This document shows, one piece after another, positions 25,595 through 37,260 of a stretch of DNA of 64,000 nt. Source of the DNA: Okamejei kenojei. Its lineage: Eukaryota. A program made the position numbers and the translations under genes. The notes below the pieces were generated by a model. It saw only the letters and a list, made by a program, of their open reading frames with translations. It did no database searches and was not told the origin of the DNA. The stretch spans positions 27,776,001-27,840,000 of the forward strand of contig CM069155.1 in the NCBI GenBank assembly GCA_035221665.1. Reading direction: 5' to 3'. Within the stretch, counting starts at the first letter, position 1, and each line of letters begins with the position of its first letter.

Positions 25595-27339
25595 GTAAGT
25601 TTTCTTTTACAGAGCAACTGTACACAGTACTGTTAATCTTAAAACCTCAAAGCTCCAGTTATTGTTGATGACATCCAGCTCTGTCTAGTATCATGTTCCT
25701 CTGTACCAGCATGTTTCTCTGAGGACATTTTTATGGGTTCCTACTGTGTGTTCCGTCTTTACCTCCAAACATTTGTTTGAAGCTAATCGTGCAGCTTCGG
25801 TATACAACTCTTTGATTGAACTTATAACCCCATTCCCTTTCTATCAAAAACACTGCAACTCGACATCTGATACCATTTGATTTTGCCTCAGTTTACCTAT
25901 TTACCAGAACCCCTCTCCATTACGCATTCCATCATTCCCCTAAATTTGAGTATTTTGATCGCTAGAGATTCCTTGCCTTCATGAACTGGAATGCTGACGC
26001 TATCCTAATGTGTTCACTAATAGTCCTCATCCTATCATTGCTCCTCTTCATGGTCCATCGTACAGTACAGAAGCAGACCCATTGAGCCTTCGTCAACCTT
26101 ATTCTACCCATTCATATGACTCTTATACTAATCCCATTTTTTTCCCCACATTTCCATCACCCCTCCCCTCCTCTACCAGATTCTACACTCACCACAAACC
26201 AGGGGCAATTTACAGCAGACAATTAATCTACCATGCGAGGTGGGAGGGAACACATGATGTCACAGGTAGAATGCACAAACTCCTCACGGACAGTACCTGA
26301 AGTTGGGATTGAGCTTGGGTCCCTGACGCTGGGAGACAGCAGCTTTACCAGCTGTGTCCCTGTATTGCATGTTGGCACTATCCTGGTATCATAGTGGTTA
26401 CAGCATAGGGAGCTGTTTGGCCCATTGGGTCTGTGAACATATTGTAGAACATATTGTAGAACAATATGTTCAGTGCCATTTCCCTGGTCTTTCCCTGTAT
26501 CACTGCCTGTTATCTTCATTCAAGTGCCTATCCAAGTCATGTTGCCACCACCCATTCATACAGTAAGGTTTATATAACCACTCTATCATTATCATTTGCT
26601 CATTGGTTTGGAGTGGTGTCCCCTAGTCCTTGAATCATCTGTCAGTAGAAACGGCTCTCTTATTTATTCTATTTAATCCTCCCGTGATCTTGGTGATCTT
26701 TGTGACATTTTGAACCCATGTTTAAATGATTGTACGATGCCACACAGAAACACTTCCCTTCGGTCCACCGTGTCTGAGCCAACCATCAACCACCCATTTA
26801 CCAGAGTAAATCCTACATTAATTCTACTATTTTATTCTCCCCACACCCCTATCCATTTCCCCAAGATTGGATGACTCGACTACACACCAGGAGAAAGTTA
26901 CAGCAGCTGATTAATGTACTAACACGCACATTTTTGAATGTGGGAAGAAACTGGCACACCTGGGGGAAATCCACACAGCCATAAAGAAAATATGCAAATT
27001 CCACACAACAGCATCCAAAGTCAGAATTGGACCTGGGTGTGTGGTGCTGGGTTGGCAGGAGCTCTACTCGCTAAACTGCTGTGCTGTTTATAATTCAGGA
27101 ACAGAATCTGAAGAGCCAGCACTGATCCAATAGGGAATATCATTTTGCCTTCCGCTGTCTGAAGAACAACTGTTTACGGGTTCTTTTCCTGAGCCAGTTT
27201 TGTCAGTGTTTTTTTTTTAAACAGAGGCCCATGGGATAATCGGCCTTTTTGTAGGGCTTTAACAAGTAGCTTCTGAAAATCTGTATTGCCTTCCCATCAT
27301 TGTCTTTATCTGTGACCTCATCAAAGTGTGATGCATTTG

Positions 27340-28420
27340 ACCTTTCAAATGTCCTTCAATGACCTGCCACGAAGAAGCCTTTTGAGCAAAATTAGCATTG
27401 AGGGTAAAATGCTGGAATGGATTGAGGACCGATAAAAGACAGAAACCAAAAGAAAGTATAAATGGGTTGTTTTTGGGTTGGAAGGCCATGACCAGTGGGG
27501 TGGTGTTGGGATTGACGCTCGGTCACAGCTTTTCACAATCTATATCAAATGATTTGTGCACAGGTATTAAATGATATATCTTTGTATGCTGACAATGCAA
27601 AGCTAGGTGACAGGCATGAGAGGGATATGGAGAGATGAAGTGAATGGGGAAAGACATAGCAGATGTGAGAAAGTGTGGGAAAAAGTCAGATCACCCACTT
27701 TGATAGAGAAAACATAAAAGGCAGAATATTGGTTTTAAGTATTCGAGGTTGAAAGTTGTTGGTGTTCACACGGACCTGGGTGTTATTGTACACTCTATAT
27801 CACTGAAAGATAACCGGTAAAAGTTCAGCACATAATTAGGAAGCTAAACAATATATTGCCCTTAACGTTTAGAGGATTTATTTTCAAAGGTGGAAGTTTT
27901 CTTCCAGCTATGTCAGACCCTAGTGAGATCACATGTGGAATATTTTGTGTAGTTCTGGTCATTACTTAAGGAAAGATAACACCATTAGCAAAGTTCACCA
28001 AATTGATTCCTGGAAGGCAGATTTGTCATTAAAGGTGAGATTGAGAAATCTGGCTCTACTCCCTGGAGTTTCGAAGAATGAGAGGTGATCTGAAGCATTT
28101 TTATGAAGCTTGCCGGGTAGATGCAGTAAAGCTATTTCCCCTAGCTCAGTGTCTGTCTTAGAGTACAGGGTCAGCCATTCGGGAAGGAAATGAGGAGAAA
28201 TTCTTTCACCTGGAAAATATAGGATCTTTAAAATTCACTCCTCAGGGGAAGAGGAAACGTAGTTGCTGAGTGTATTCAAGATGGGAATGGTTGATCATTG
28301 AATATTAAGAGATTTGAGGGATGTGGAGTTGCTGCAGGAAAATGGTGGTGAGGTAGCTGGGATGTTACTGAATGACAGAGCAGGTTCAAGAGGACCAGTA
28401 GTCCATTGCTTGTTCACTCT
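27340..28420 (+). mobile_element. Old CR1 LINE fragment
   Basis: Degenerate RT/3' region (gacctttcaaatgtccttc..., agaatgagaggtgatct); other CR1 pieces near 3880-4310, 4690-5050, 23160-23480, 60080-60320. Confidence 0.65.
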
Positions 28421-29159
28421 GGGACTCTATTCCTGAACCATTTGTTGTATATATCCTATCAATTAAGTTCTACTTTTCCATTGGGATTGTTCCCATATTT
28501 TGTTGGAGATTTGTCCTGAGTTAAAACTGCAGGATTTTTATTTGCCGAGCCAGTTTGGCTCCTGACTTTGCTACGCCTCGTCATTGTGTTTTTCTTGGCT
28601 TCAGTGCTCCAAAGTCCTTGGCCCGTTCCCTGTATTTTATTTTAGGATACATCTTGAAACTTATCATTAGACCAGTCTATTGATCACCTCAATTGGTTCC
28701 TCAATATGTAGTCATTGTCAAATTTTCTTTGCTAAATTTCCTGAAACGGTTTGGGACAGATTTGTGTTAACGTTGCACTGTAAATACAAATTTTCTGTGA
28801 GACAACTTCCTCTTGTCCAACAAGGTTATTTGAGTCAGACCTCTGAAATCTGTACCTATTATAACTTGACCTGGGTGAGAGGGGTGGTGAAGGGGACCTG
28901 GGATAGTGGGAAGGGGACCTGGGATAGTGGAGGGGTGAAGGGGATGGGCAGTGGAACCAGGGACAGTGGAGTTGTTGGAGGAATGAGGAGTTAAGCTGGG
29001 AACATTGGAAATGGGGGAATGGGGAGGTATTTTCACATAAAGCAGCATGAAAGGGAAAGGTTGGCGTTTGTTAACTGTTCTATGTGGAGTTGGTAGCCAT
29101 TTGCTGGCACTGAATCTGGTCTAGTATTTGCAGCTGATTTTTCTGGTTTTCTTTCACAG

Positions 29160-29399
29160 TGCATCATTTTAACCTCGCCCGAAGCAGAATGCCAGGCTTT
29201 GATTATGGTCCAGATAGCCTTGGATCAGGCCTAACTCCTCTGCATCTCTCTGACGATGGTGACGGAGGAGCATTCCACTTCCACGATCCGCCACCTCCAT
29301 ACACAGCTTATAAATACCCAGACATTCAGCATCCTGATGATCCACCCCCTCCGTATGAGGCATCCATCAATTCAAACAGCATGCTTTGTGTAAGCCCAG
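29160..29399 (+). CDS. DGCR2: DGCR2 exon 9 (cytoplasmic, two PPPPY motifs)
   Basis: LHHFNL...GFDYGPD...[17 protein letters not shown]...[11 protein letters not shown]; G|gtgggt; 240 nt. Confidence 0.95.
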
Positions 29400-30089
29400 G
29401 TGGGTCCGACTTGCACCATCTCTCTGTAGCATGATATTATAACCATGATGATTCTGAGTAGGTTGTTCTTATCCTTCTATCATAGCGTCATTATCTGTAA
29501 AAGGTAGCTAAAGAGATTAGACGAGCATGGCTCAGAGCGCGCCAAATCGTGGAATTAGAGTGGGGGAATTCTGTGGTGACAATGATTTTGAAGATCTGGT
29601 GGTCCAATCTCCTGGACTATGGTATGCTAGAAAGATATGCCACATTTCTTCAATACTGGTTCTATTTATTCATGTAGTTCCTGCTGGCACAGTATACCCC
29701 CCTGCCCCAGTACAATAACTCTGAAGAGGGGTCCCAACCGAAAATGTCATCTGTCCATTTTCTCCACAGATGTTGCCTAACCCACTTGTTAATCCAGCAC
29801 TATGTTTTGCTCAGGATTCCATCATCTGCAATTCCTTGCACCTACAGTTTATCCCTAGTTGCCCTTGGGAAGGTGGTTATGAGCCTCTTCCGTGAAACGC
29901 TGCAGAATTTGAAGGTATTCACACATTTCTTTAAGTGGCAAGTATCGGGATACTCTGGAAACAAGAGGGAGACCTGTAGGTAATGGTCTTCCCTTCCATT
30001 TCTGTACTAGGTTGTAATGTTATGAGTTTGGAAGATGGTTTTGGATGGGATACCCGACCTCTGTTGCTCCATATGTAAAAGTTCATGTT

Positions 30090-30800
30090 CGTGTTTATTG
30101 TCACTTAACCAACTAAGGTACAGTAAACTTTGAGTTACCATACAGCCATACTAAGTGAAAAGAGCACAATACACACATAAAATAAATTTAACATAAACAT
30201 CCACCACAGTGGAAACAACATTCCTCACTGTGATGAAAGGCAATAAAGTTCAGTCATCTTCCTCCTTTGTTCACCTGTGGTGGTCGGGGCTGTTGAACCC
30301 TCCGCAGTTCGCTGCCGACGGTCCGATGTCCACGCCCTCTCGTCGGGATGATTGAAACTGCAGCGTCAGGACGGACTGGAACACTGGATTGGAGCTCCCG
30401 AGTCGGCCTCTTCTTACCAGAGACCGCGGGTTACACGGTGTTAAAGTCCCCACAGCCCCACGATCCTCGGAGAAGGATCCCCGACTCCGTGATGGTAAGT
30501 CTGCGCCGTACCCGCGGCTTGAAGCTCCGGGCCGGTCTCCAGGAAAGGCCGCACCACTCCATGTGGTTAGACCGCAGAGGGGAATGGAGATGCGACACAG
30601 AGAAAATCGCATCTCTGTCGAGGTAAGTGGCTGAAAAAAAGTTACCCCTATTTCTCCCCCCCCCCCCCCCCCACCAACCCATATAAATTATCCAAGAAAC
30701 ATTGAAACAAACTTTTTAGAACAAACGTAAAATAATAAAAACAGTAGAAAGGACACACAGACTGTTGGCGAGGCTGCCACGACGGTGGTGCCACCTGGTG
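30090..30800 (-). mobile_element. CpG-rich non-autonomous retroelement (related copy at about 11900-12230)
   Basis: Shared block taacat...acatccaccacag...cactgt.atg.aaggcaa..aagttca.tc at both loci. Confidence 0.55.
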
Positions 30801-31609
30801 GTAAGTTGGTACAGTTACATGTCCGATCAGTATTAACACAGCATAATTCTAGCCTGGAAACAAGGAACTGCAGATGCTAGTTTACACAAAACGGACAAAG
30901 TGCTGAGTAACTCAGTGTGTCCGGCAGCCTGTCTGGAGAATGTTGATAGTAATGTTTTGGATCAGGACCCTTCAGGGTAATTGTGGCCTGGATGGAATGG
31001 CAACATCCAACAAGCTTGCCACCCTCCACAACAAGGCAGAATGTATGATCGGTTCCCACCGGGTTAGATACTGGGTTTGAGGACTTGTGCGTGGGAAGTT
31101 GTATTCCATTGGGGAGAGTTTTAGAAATAATGGAAAGAACTGCGTTTACTGCTTTGCCCCAACTGATTTTACTGCGTGGAAGAGCTGACACCAGGCCCAG
31201 TCAACAATTGCTATCTCTAAGAATGTTAAGACTGTTTACAACATTGTTGTGTTTACTCTGACCGCACCTTCAGAAGCTGTGGCCTTTGCTATGAACACCA
31301 AGTAGGGTGCACATCCTACATTTTCCTGTCCTAATTTGGAAATATTTTGCCATTCTCCCTGCCCAAACTTCCCCCATGGCTTGGTCTAAATACTGATTGT
31401 CCCACGCCAACGGTGTGGAAATGAGTATGTCACCAGAAAGATTTAAGGAGACGGTTCACCTTCAAAGCAAGTACGGTGGGCAATGCCTCAACCTGAAAAA
31501 TGGGAGCACAATCTAGCTGCTCCAGAGACCACCAGAAGCCCTGCAAAAGTCTCTCTCCGGCCAGTATTTTGTTGTGTGATACAATTAATGAAATGTCTTT
31601 TACTTTCAG

Positions 31610-31827
31610 ATGGTGGTCCTGGGCAGGTGGTGGAACAGAGCAGCCAGCTCCCTGTAGCCGAGACCGTCATTGGAGAGCCGACTAATGTGACCAGCTTCAC
31701 TCTGGAGGCCGCCACGGAGGACCTGGACATCTCGGCTGGCAGCAGTACCTTACTGGTGCCACACCCCATCCACCCAGAGAGTGTGCTGAATCGCAGCAGT
31801 CACTCTTCAGTAAATACAGTGGTATAA
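31610..31827 (+). CDS. DGCR2: DGCR2 exon 10 coding part (ends SSVNTVV*, PDZ-binding motif)
   Basis: tttcag| acceptor, phase 1; EDLDISAGSSTLLVP...SSVNTVV matches human DLEDSADSSSALLVP...SSLNTVV; the ten exons sum to 1611 nt in one open frame. Confidence 0.93.
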
Positions 31828-33560
31828 ATTGGAAGGGAGGGCGATTAATCATTGTTTTATTGAATTTGGGCAAATGTTTGCACAGTGCTATATTGACAAA
31901 ACCAGTCAGATGACTTAACAAGACTTTGGTTCTGGTCTCCAGCAGATTACCCTGTTTTGATGAATGAGTTGATCATTTGTGTATATATTGATGATGGAAT
32001 GCAGCACGTTTCCCAGTTCGCGGGTATCGTAGATCGTAGGGGATGCTTTTTTAGAACCCTAAACGGCAGCTGTTTCTTTTTTTGTGTTATTTTTAAATAG
32101 ACTTTGCATACAAATACAGGGCTTAGAATCAAGAGGCTGGAAGAGACGTGAGGGATAGGTGGTTCTGTGTGCACCGCCAACCTGTGGGATAAGCAAGGCT
32201 CTCGGACTGGGAGTGGACCAGGCCCAGTCCTTGGCAAGTGCCGAGCGATGTCTCCACACAAACAGAAGTGTAACTGATGAAGCTGGCTGGCGCTGTGGCT
32301 CGGAGCAGCCTATATAATACGTGGGTGAAAGGTAGGTGGTTGTACTCGTCACTGGGAGGGGAGCAGAGTCACAGGCCTTTTGGGGCGGGCAGGTGGTGTA
32401 AGTCTGGGGCTAGGGTAGAGTCCTGGGAGGGGTTGTAACGCAGTCCTATGTGCACTTTGGTGGAGGGTGGTATACAGGGAGGTGGGTGGGGGTGAGCGAA
32501 GCCTAAGGATGGGGTACAGGGTCTGCAGCGCTCCATGAAGGGGTTGATGGTTTACAAGTTCTGTCGCAGAGGGAAGGGTTATGGCCTCGGTCAGTGGGGT
32601 GGCTGCACGTCCTTTCACTCCAGGAGGGTGGGGAGAGGTCTCCACTCCCATTGCCACTCGCGGTGAGCGTGAGTGATCGACTCTGATGCATGGCAGGGGC
32701 GTTACAGCCTCCCGTGTAGGTGGATTGGGTTAAGGGCCTGAATCAGACGGAGTGTACCACAGTGGGAGGTCTGGCTCAGTTGTATTTTTTAGCAGTGCTG
32801 TATCAGTACTGATGTTTAATAAGCTGAGAGTGGAGGGCTGCTGACTGGGCCAGAGTGGCAGGAGGTCCTGTGTATTACAGAGTGCACTCGCAAGCACTTT
32901 CTCTATTCTCTCCTCCCTGCCCCTGCTCCCTCCCCTGGAGCTTTTCACTGCTGATGATATTGATCATTGCTATGGTGCAGTTAATAATGAAATGTCAACA
33001 ATGTTATCGTGCTCTAACGATCACCTACATTGATGTGATTGATATGAATCAATGCTGTTAGTGCTGTATATTGATGTGGTGGCTGATAATCATGTTGATG
33101 TGATCTGGTGATACCTATCAATGATTTTAATGTTGGTTGATGTGATTGCTGGGCTTTCTGTTGATCTGGTTGCGGTAGCCAATTTGTTGGAATAAAATCC
33201 ATTCAAATGGGGTTTTGGGAATTCTGCACTGTCTTTGTATCGGCTGGTCACGGTCTCTCCCTTCATTCCTCAACTGTCAAATAAACACAGACGTGCACAT
33301 GCGCTCACAACCTATTCGAACACCGCAGTTAACAGACATTTGTAGTTTGTGAATGGAACTTTCTGTGGCAGTGGAAAGATTTTGATACTCGGTGAATAAT
33401 AAGTAGACAATAAATTTGATACCATTATTAGGTCTGTGTGTTTGTTCAGAATTTTCCATTTTTCACTTGTTCTTTCACTGCATCATGTAAGGACTGATTC
33501 AATGTCTTGTACTTCTGTTAACAAAATGAAATGCCAAATAAATTCTGAAGTGGAGATGAC
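31828..33560 (+). other. DGCR2: Probable DGCR2 3' UTR with alternative polyadenylation signals
   Basis: Repeat-poor sequence after the stop; AATAAA at 33191, 33280 and 33537; true end not determinable from sequence. Confidence 0.55.
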
Positions 33561-34885
33561 TTTGTCATGATATCTTGCTGTCACTTCCCGTCAACATTTA
33601 TCCAACGTTCATGAAGACAACTGTTGGAATCTCCACCCGTCTCCCTGGACTGAGCCCAGTTGATGGTTCTACACACTGCTCTCATATCGAGGCATGCATT
33701 GGGTTTACTTATGCAACCGTTGGCAGTTACTAACTAGAGTGTAAGCTCTGGGTTTGCTGGTTTTAATTGAGAATAACACAATGTTACACATTGGACCTTA
33801 ACCCAGAGATTCTGCTGCAATGGACTGTAACTGAGGGGCTTTGGGTAGATGGAGGTGGGGGATTTATGTGTAGATTAACTAAAATTCATGTGAGTTATGA
33901 GTGAGACTGTACCTCATGGAACAGACTACGGAGGGACCTGTGGATCCAGCATTGAACCATGGTAGGGCTCATCGTATTGAGGGATGGATTAAAGTTGGAA
34001 TGAGTTTTTGCATATTCCTGCGAATGGGGTGCACATTGGAATCTAATGTGAGGATTTGGATGATGAGAGGCTTCTGAGGGATAAGATATATGTGCACTGA
34101 ATATCATCCAAATCCTCACTTAAGCTCACTGGTCTATAGTTTCCTGGTTTTTCCTTGCAGACCTTCATAAATGGAAGCACAGTCCACAGTCCAGTTATCC
34201 AGCCTCTAATGATTCATATATCTCAGAGAGGGTTCCTGCAATTTTTTTTCTCTACCTTCCAATAGGTTGGATAAATCTTATCAGACCCAGAAGGTTTATC
34301 TACCTTCATACGTCTTAGCACCTTCTAGCACCGCCTTGGTGGTAATATGGACTGTCCTCTAGACATCTACATTAACTCTCTCAAGTTCTCCAGTTTTCAT
34401 GTTTTCTCCACAGTAAAAGCAAAGGCGTACTCATTGAGGACCTTGCCCATCACCTGAGGCTGCACATAGTTGACCGCTTTGGTTTGTGCGAGATCCTATT
34501 CTCTCTTTAGGTACCCTCTTTTCCTTAATCTGTACATACAATCTCTTTGGATTCTCCTTAATTTTATCTGTGAGGTTGTCACCTTTTTACCTGGTTTCTT
34601 TGGTTCTAACCTAATCCTGGTGTTGCATGGTTTTGACACAGTGAGAGGAAACGGGCATAGTATTTATCATAAAAACTTTGCGCCTCAAGGGGTGCAGATG
34701 AGTGTCTCTGAGGTACATTCGGTTAAGAGGGTCTCCTTGCCTGCTAAAACCGATTCGTGGATTCATAGGCAAATTTGGACACTGGGAGTAGTAGCGGTGT
34801 GTGGGCCACGGACTCAGCGGGCCAGGTCCCCCCACAGGCGCTGCCCGGCCCGCGGAGTCTCCAGCAGCTCGGCGCCGGCGCTCCC

Positions 34886-35396
34886 ATTGGTTACTGGGCG
34901 CAGGGTCCCGGCCGTGATTAGTTGCTGGGCGGAGAGTCCCGGCCGTGATTGGTTGCTGGGCGCAGAGTCCCGGCCGTGATTGGTTGCTGGGCGGAGAGTC
35001 CCGGCCGTGATTGGTTGCTGGGCGGAGAGTCCCGGCCGTGATTGGTTGCTGGGCGGAGAGTCCCGGCCGTGATTAGTTGCTGGGCGGAGAGTCCGGCCGT
35101 GATTGTTTGCTGGGCGAGAGTCCCGGCCTGATTGGTTGCTGGGCGGAGAATCCCGGCCGTGATTAGTTGCTGGGCGGAGAGTCCGGCCGTGATTAGTTGC
35201 TGGGCGGAGAGTCCCGGCCGTGATTGGTTGCTGGGCGGAGAGTCCCGGCCGTGATTGGTTGCTGGGCGGAGAGTCCCGGCCGTGATTAGTTGCTGGGCGG
35301 AGAGTCCCGGCCGTGATTAGTTGCTGGGCGGAGAGTCCCGGCCGTGATTGGTTGCTGGGCGGAGAGTCCCGGCCGTGATTGGTTACTGGGCGGAGA
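34886..35396. repeat. 31-bp minisatellite (17 copies), consensus CCCGGCCGTGATT(G/A)GTTGCTGGGCGGAGAGT, in the PIK3IP1 promoter
   Basis: Counted 10 ATTGG, 6 ATTAG and 1 ATTGT variants; most units also carry GGGCGG; ends 75 nt before the ATG. Confidence 0.97.
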
Positions 35397-35470
35397 TTGC
35401 TGTACTTTGCGTCCTGATTGGGCGGAGAGAGATGTTGATGCAGGAGCGAGGTTGTTGTTTACAAGTTGCA

Positions 35471-35636
35471 ATGGATCCCGGCGGCGGCGGCTCTCGGGGG
35501 ATCGGGGACCGCGGCGCCCACTCCCGCAGCGCCCGGGCCAACGGGGACCACGGCGGCGGCGTCGCCCTCCCGGGCCTCAAGCTGGCAGCGCTGCTCCTAC
35601 ACTTGCTGTCGGTGGTTGGAGCTGCCCCGCGACCAG
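35471..35636 (+). CDS. PIK3IP1: PIK3IP1-like exon 1 (Gly-rich extension plus signal peptide LKLAALLLHLLSVVGA)
   Basis: GCAATGG start with good context, hydrophobic signal segment, CCAG|gtgaaa donor in phase 1, matching the next exon. Confidence 0.75.
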
Positions 35637-35659
35637 GTGAAAAGCCGCGAGGGCCCGTA

Positions 35660-37260
35660 GAGGAGGGGGGGGGGGGGGGGGGAGGTGAGGGTGAGAGTGG
35701 GAGAGAGGAGGGGGGGGGGGATAGAGAGGGAGAGTGAGGGTGGGGAGAGAGGAGAGTGAGGAGGTGTGGGGACGAGTGGGGGGGGGAGAGGGAGAGTGAG
35801 GGGGGGGAGAGGGAGAGTGAGAGGAGTGGGGGTGGGGAGTGAAGAGGAGCGTGAGGGGGGAGAGGGAGTGGAGGAGAGTGAGGGGGGGGAGAGGAGAGGA
35901 GGAGTGGGGAGGGGTGGTGAGAGGAGAGTGAGGGGGGGGAGAGGAGAGTGAGGGGTGTGGGAGAGGAGAGGATGGTGGGGGTGGGGAGAGACGAATGAGG
36001 GGGGAGTGAGGGGGGGGAGAGGAGAGTGAGGGGGGGGAGAGAGTGAGGGGGGGGAGAGGAGAGTGAGGGGGGGGAGGAGAGGGTGAGAGAGTGAGGGGTG
36101 AGGGAGAGAGAGAGTGAGGGTGGGGAGAGGAGGTGGGGTGGGGAAGAGGTGAGTGAGGGGGGGGGGAGTGGAGAGTGAGGGTGGGGAGAGGAGAGTGAGG
36201 GGGGGAGAGGAGAGTGAGGGGTGGGGAGAGGAGGGGGGTGGGGGAGAGGTGAGTGAGGGTGGGGAGAGGAGAGTGAGGGGGGGGAGAGGAAGAGAGTGGG
36301 GGGGGAGGAGAGTGAGGAGTGAGGAGGGTGGGAGAGGAGAGTGAGGTGGAGAGACGAGAGTGAGGGTGGGGGGAGGAGAGTGAGGGTTAGGGGAGAGGAG
36401 GTGGGGGGGGAGAGGAGAGTGAGGAGGGGGGAGAAGAGAAGTGGGGGGGGGAGAGGAGTGGGAGGGGGGTGAGGGGAGGAGTGTGAGGGGGGAGGAAGAG
36501 CCTTGAGGGGGGGGGGTAGAGGAGAGTGAGGGGTGAGGAGAGTGAGGGGGGTGAGAGTGATGAGGGGTGGGGAGCGAGGAGAGTGAGGGGGGGGAGAGGA
36601 GAGTGAGGGGGGGGGGAGAGGAGGAGTAGAGAGGTGTAAGGGTGCGGGAGAGGAGAGTGAGGGGTGGGGAGAGGAGAGTGAGGGTGGGGGAGAGAAGGTG
36701 AGGAGGGTGGGGCGAGAAGAGATGAGGGGGGGGGAGGGAGAGAAGTGAGGATGGGGGTGGGAGGGAGAGTGAGGGAGGGGGAAAGAGGGAGAGTGGGGTG
36801 AGGGGAGGATAGTGCGGGGAGGGAGAGTGAGGGAGGGCGAGACGTGAGGAGGGGGGAGAGGGGTGAGGGTGGGGAGGAGAGTGGGGTGGGGATTGGAGGG
36901 GGTGGAGGGGAGGTGAGGAAGAGAGGTGAGGGAGGAGAGAGGAGAGTGAGGGTGGGGTGAGAGGAGATGGGAGGGTGGAGAGGGGGGAGTGAGGGGATGT
37001 GGAGAGAGAGTGAGGAGTGGGGGGTGGCGGCAGGGGAGAGTGAGGAGTGACCGGGATCAGTGGGGTGAAGGGTGGAATATGGGGGAATGTGAGAACGTTT
37101 GGGGATGCGAGGAGGGGGGGAACTAAGAGAGTGGGGGAATGGGATGTAGGTGGGGATCGGAGTGGGACTGAGGGAGAGGGTGAGGGGGGAATGGTGAGAG
37201 GTGAGATGGAAAGGAGTGGGGGAGATGGTGGAGAGGAGGGCGTTGGTTAGAGTGAAGAAG
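35660..37260. repeat. Purine-rich (G/A) degenerate minisatellite, motif approx. GGGGGAGAGGAGAGTGA, in PIK3IP1 intron 1
   Basis: About 1.6 kb almost lacking C on the + strand. Confidence 0.93.

Larger units (their letters stand above)
34790..35660 (+). promoter_or_regulatory. PIK3IP1 CpG-island promoter and first exon region
   Basis: CpG-dense; arrayed inverted CCAAT and GC boxes, plus a further CTGATTGGGCGG near 35414. Confidence 0.75.
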
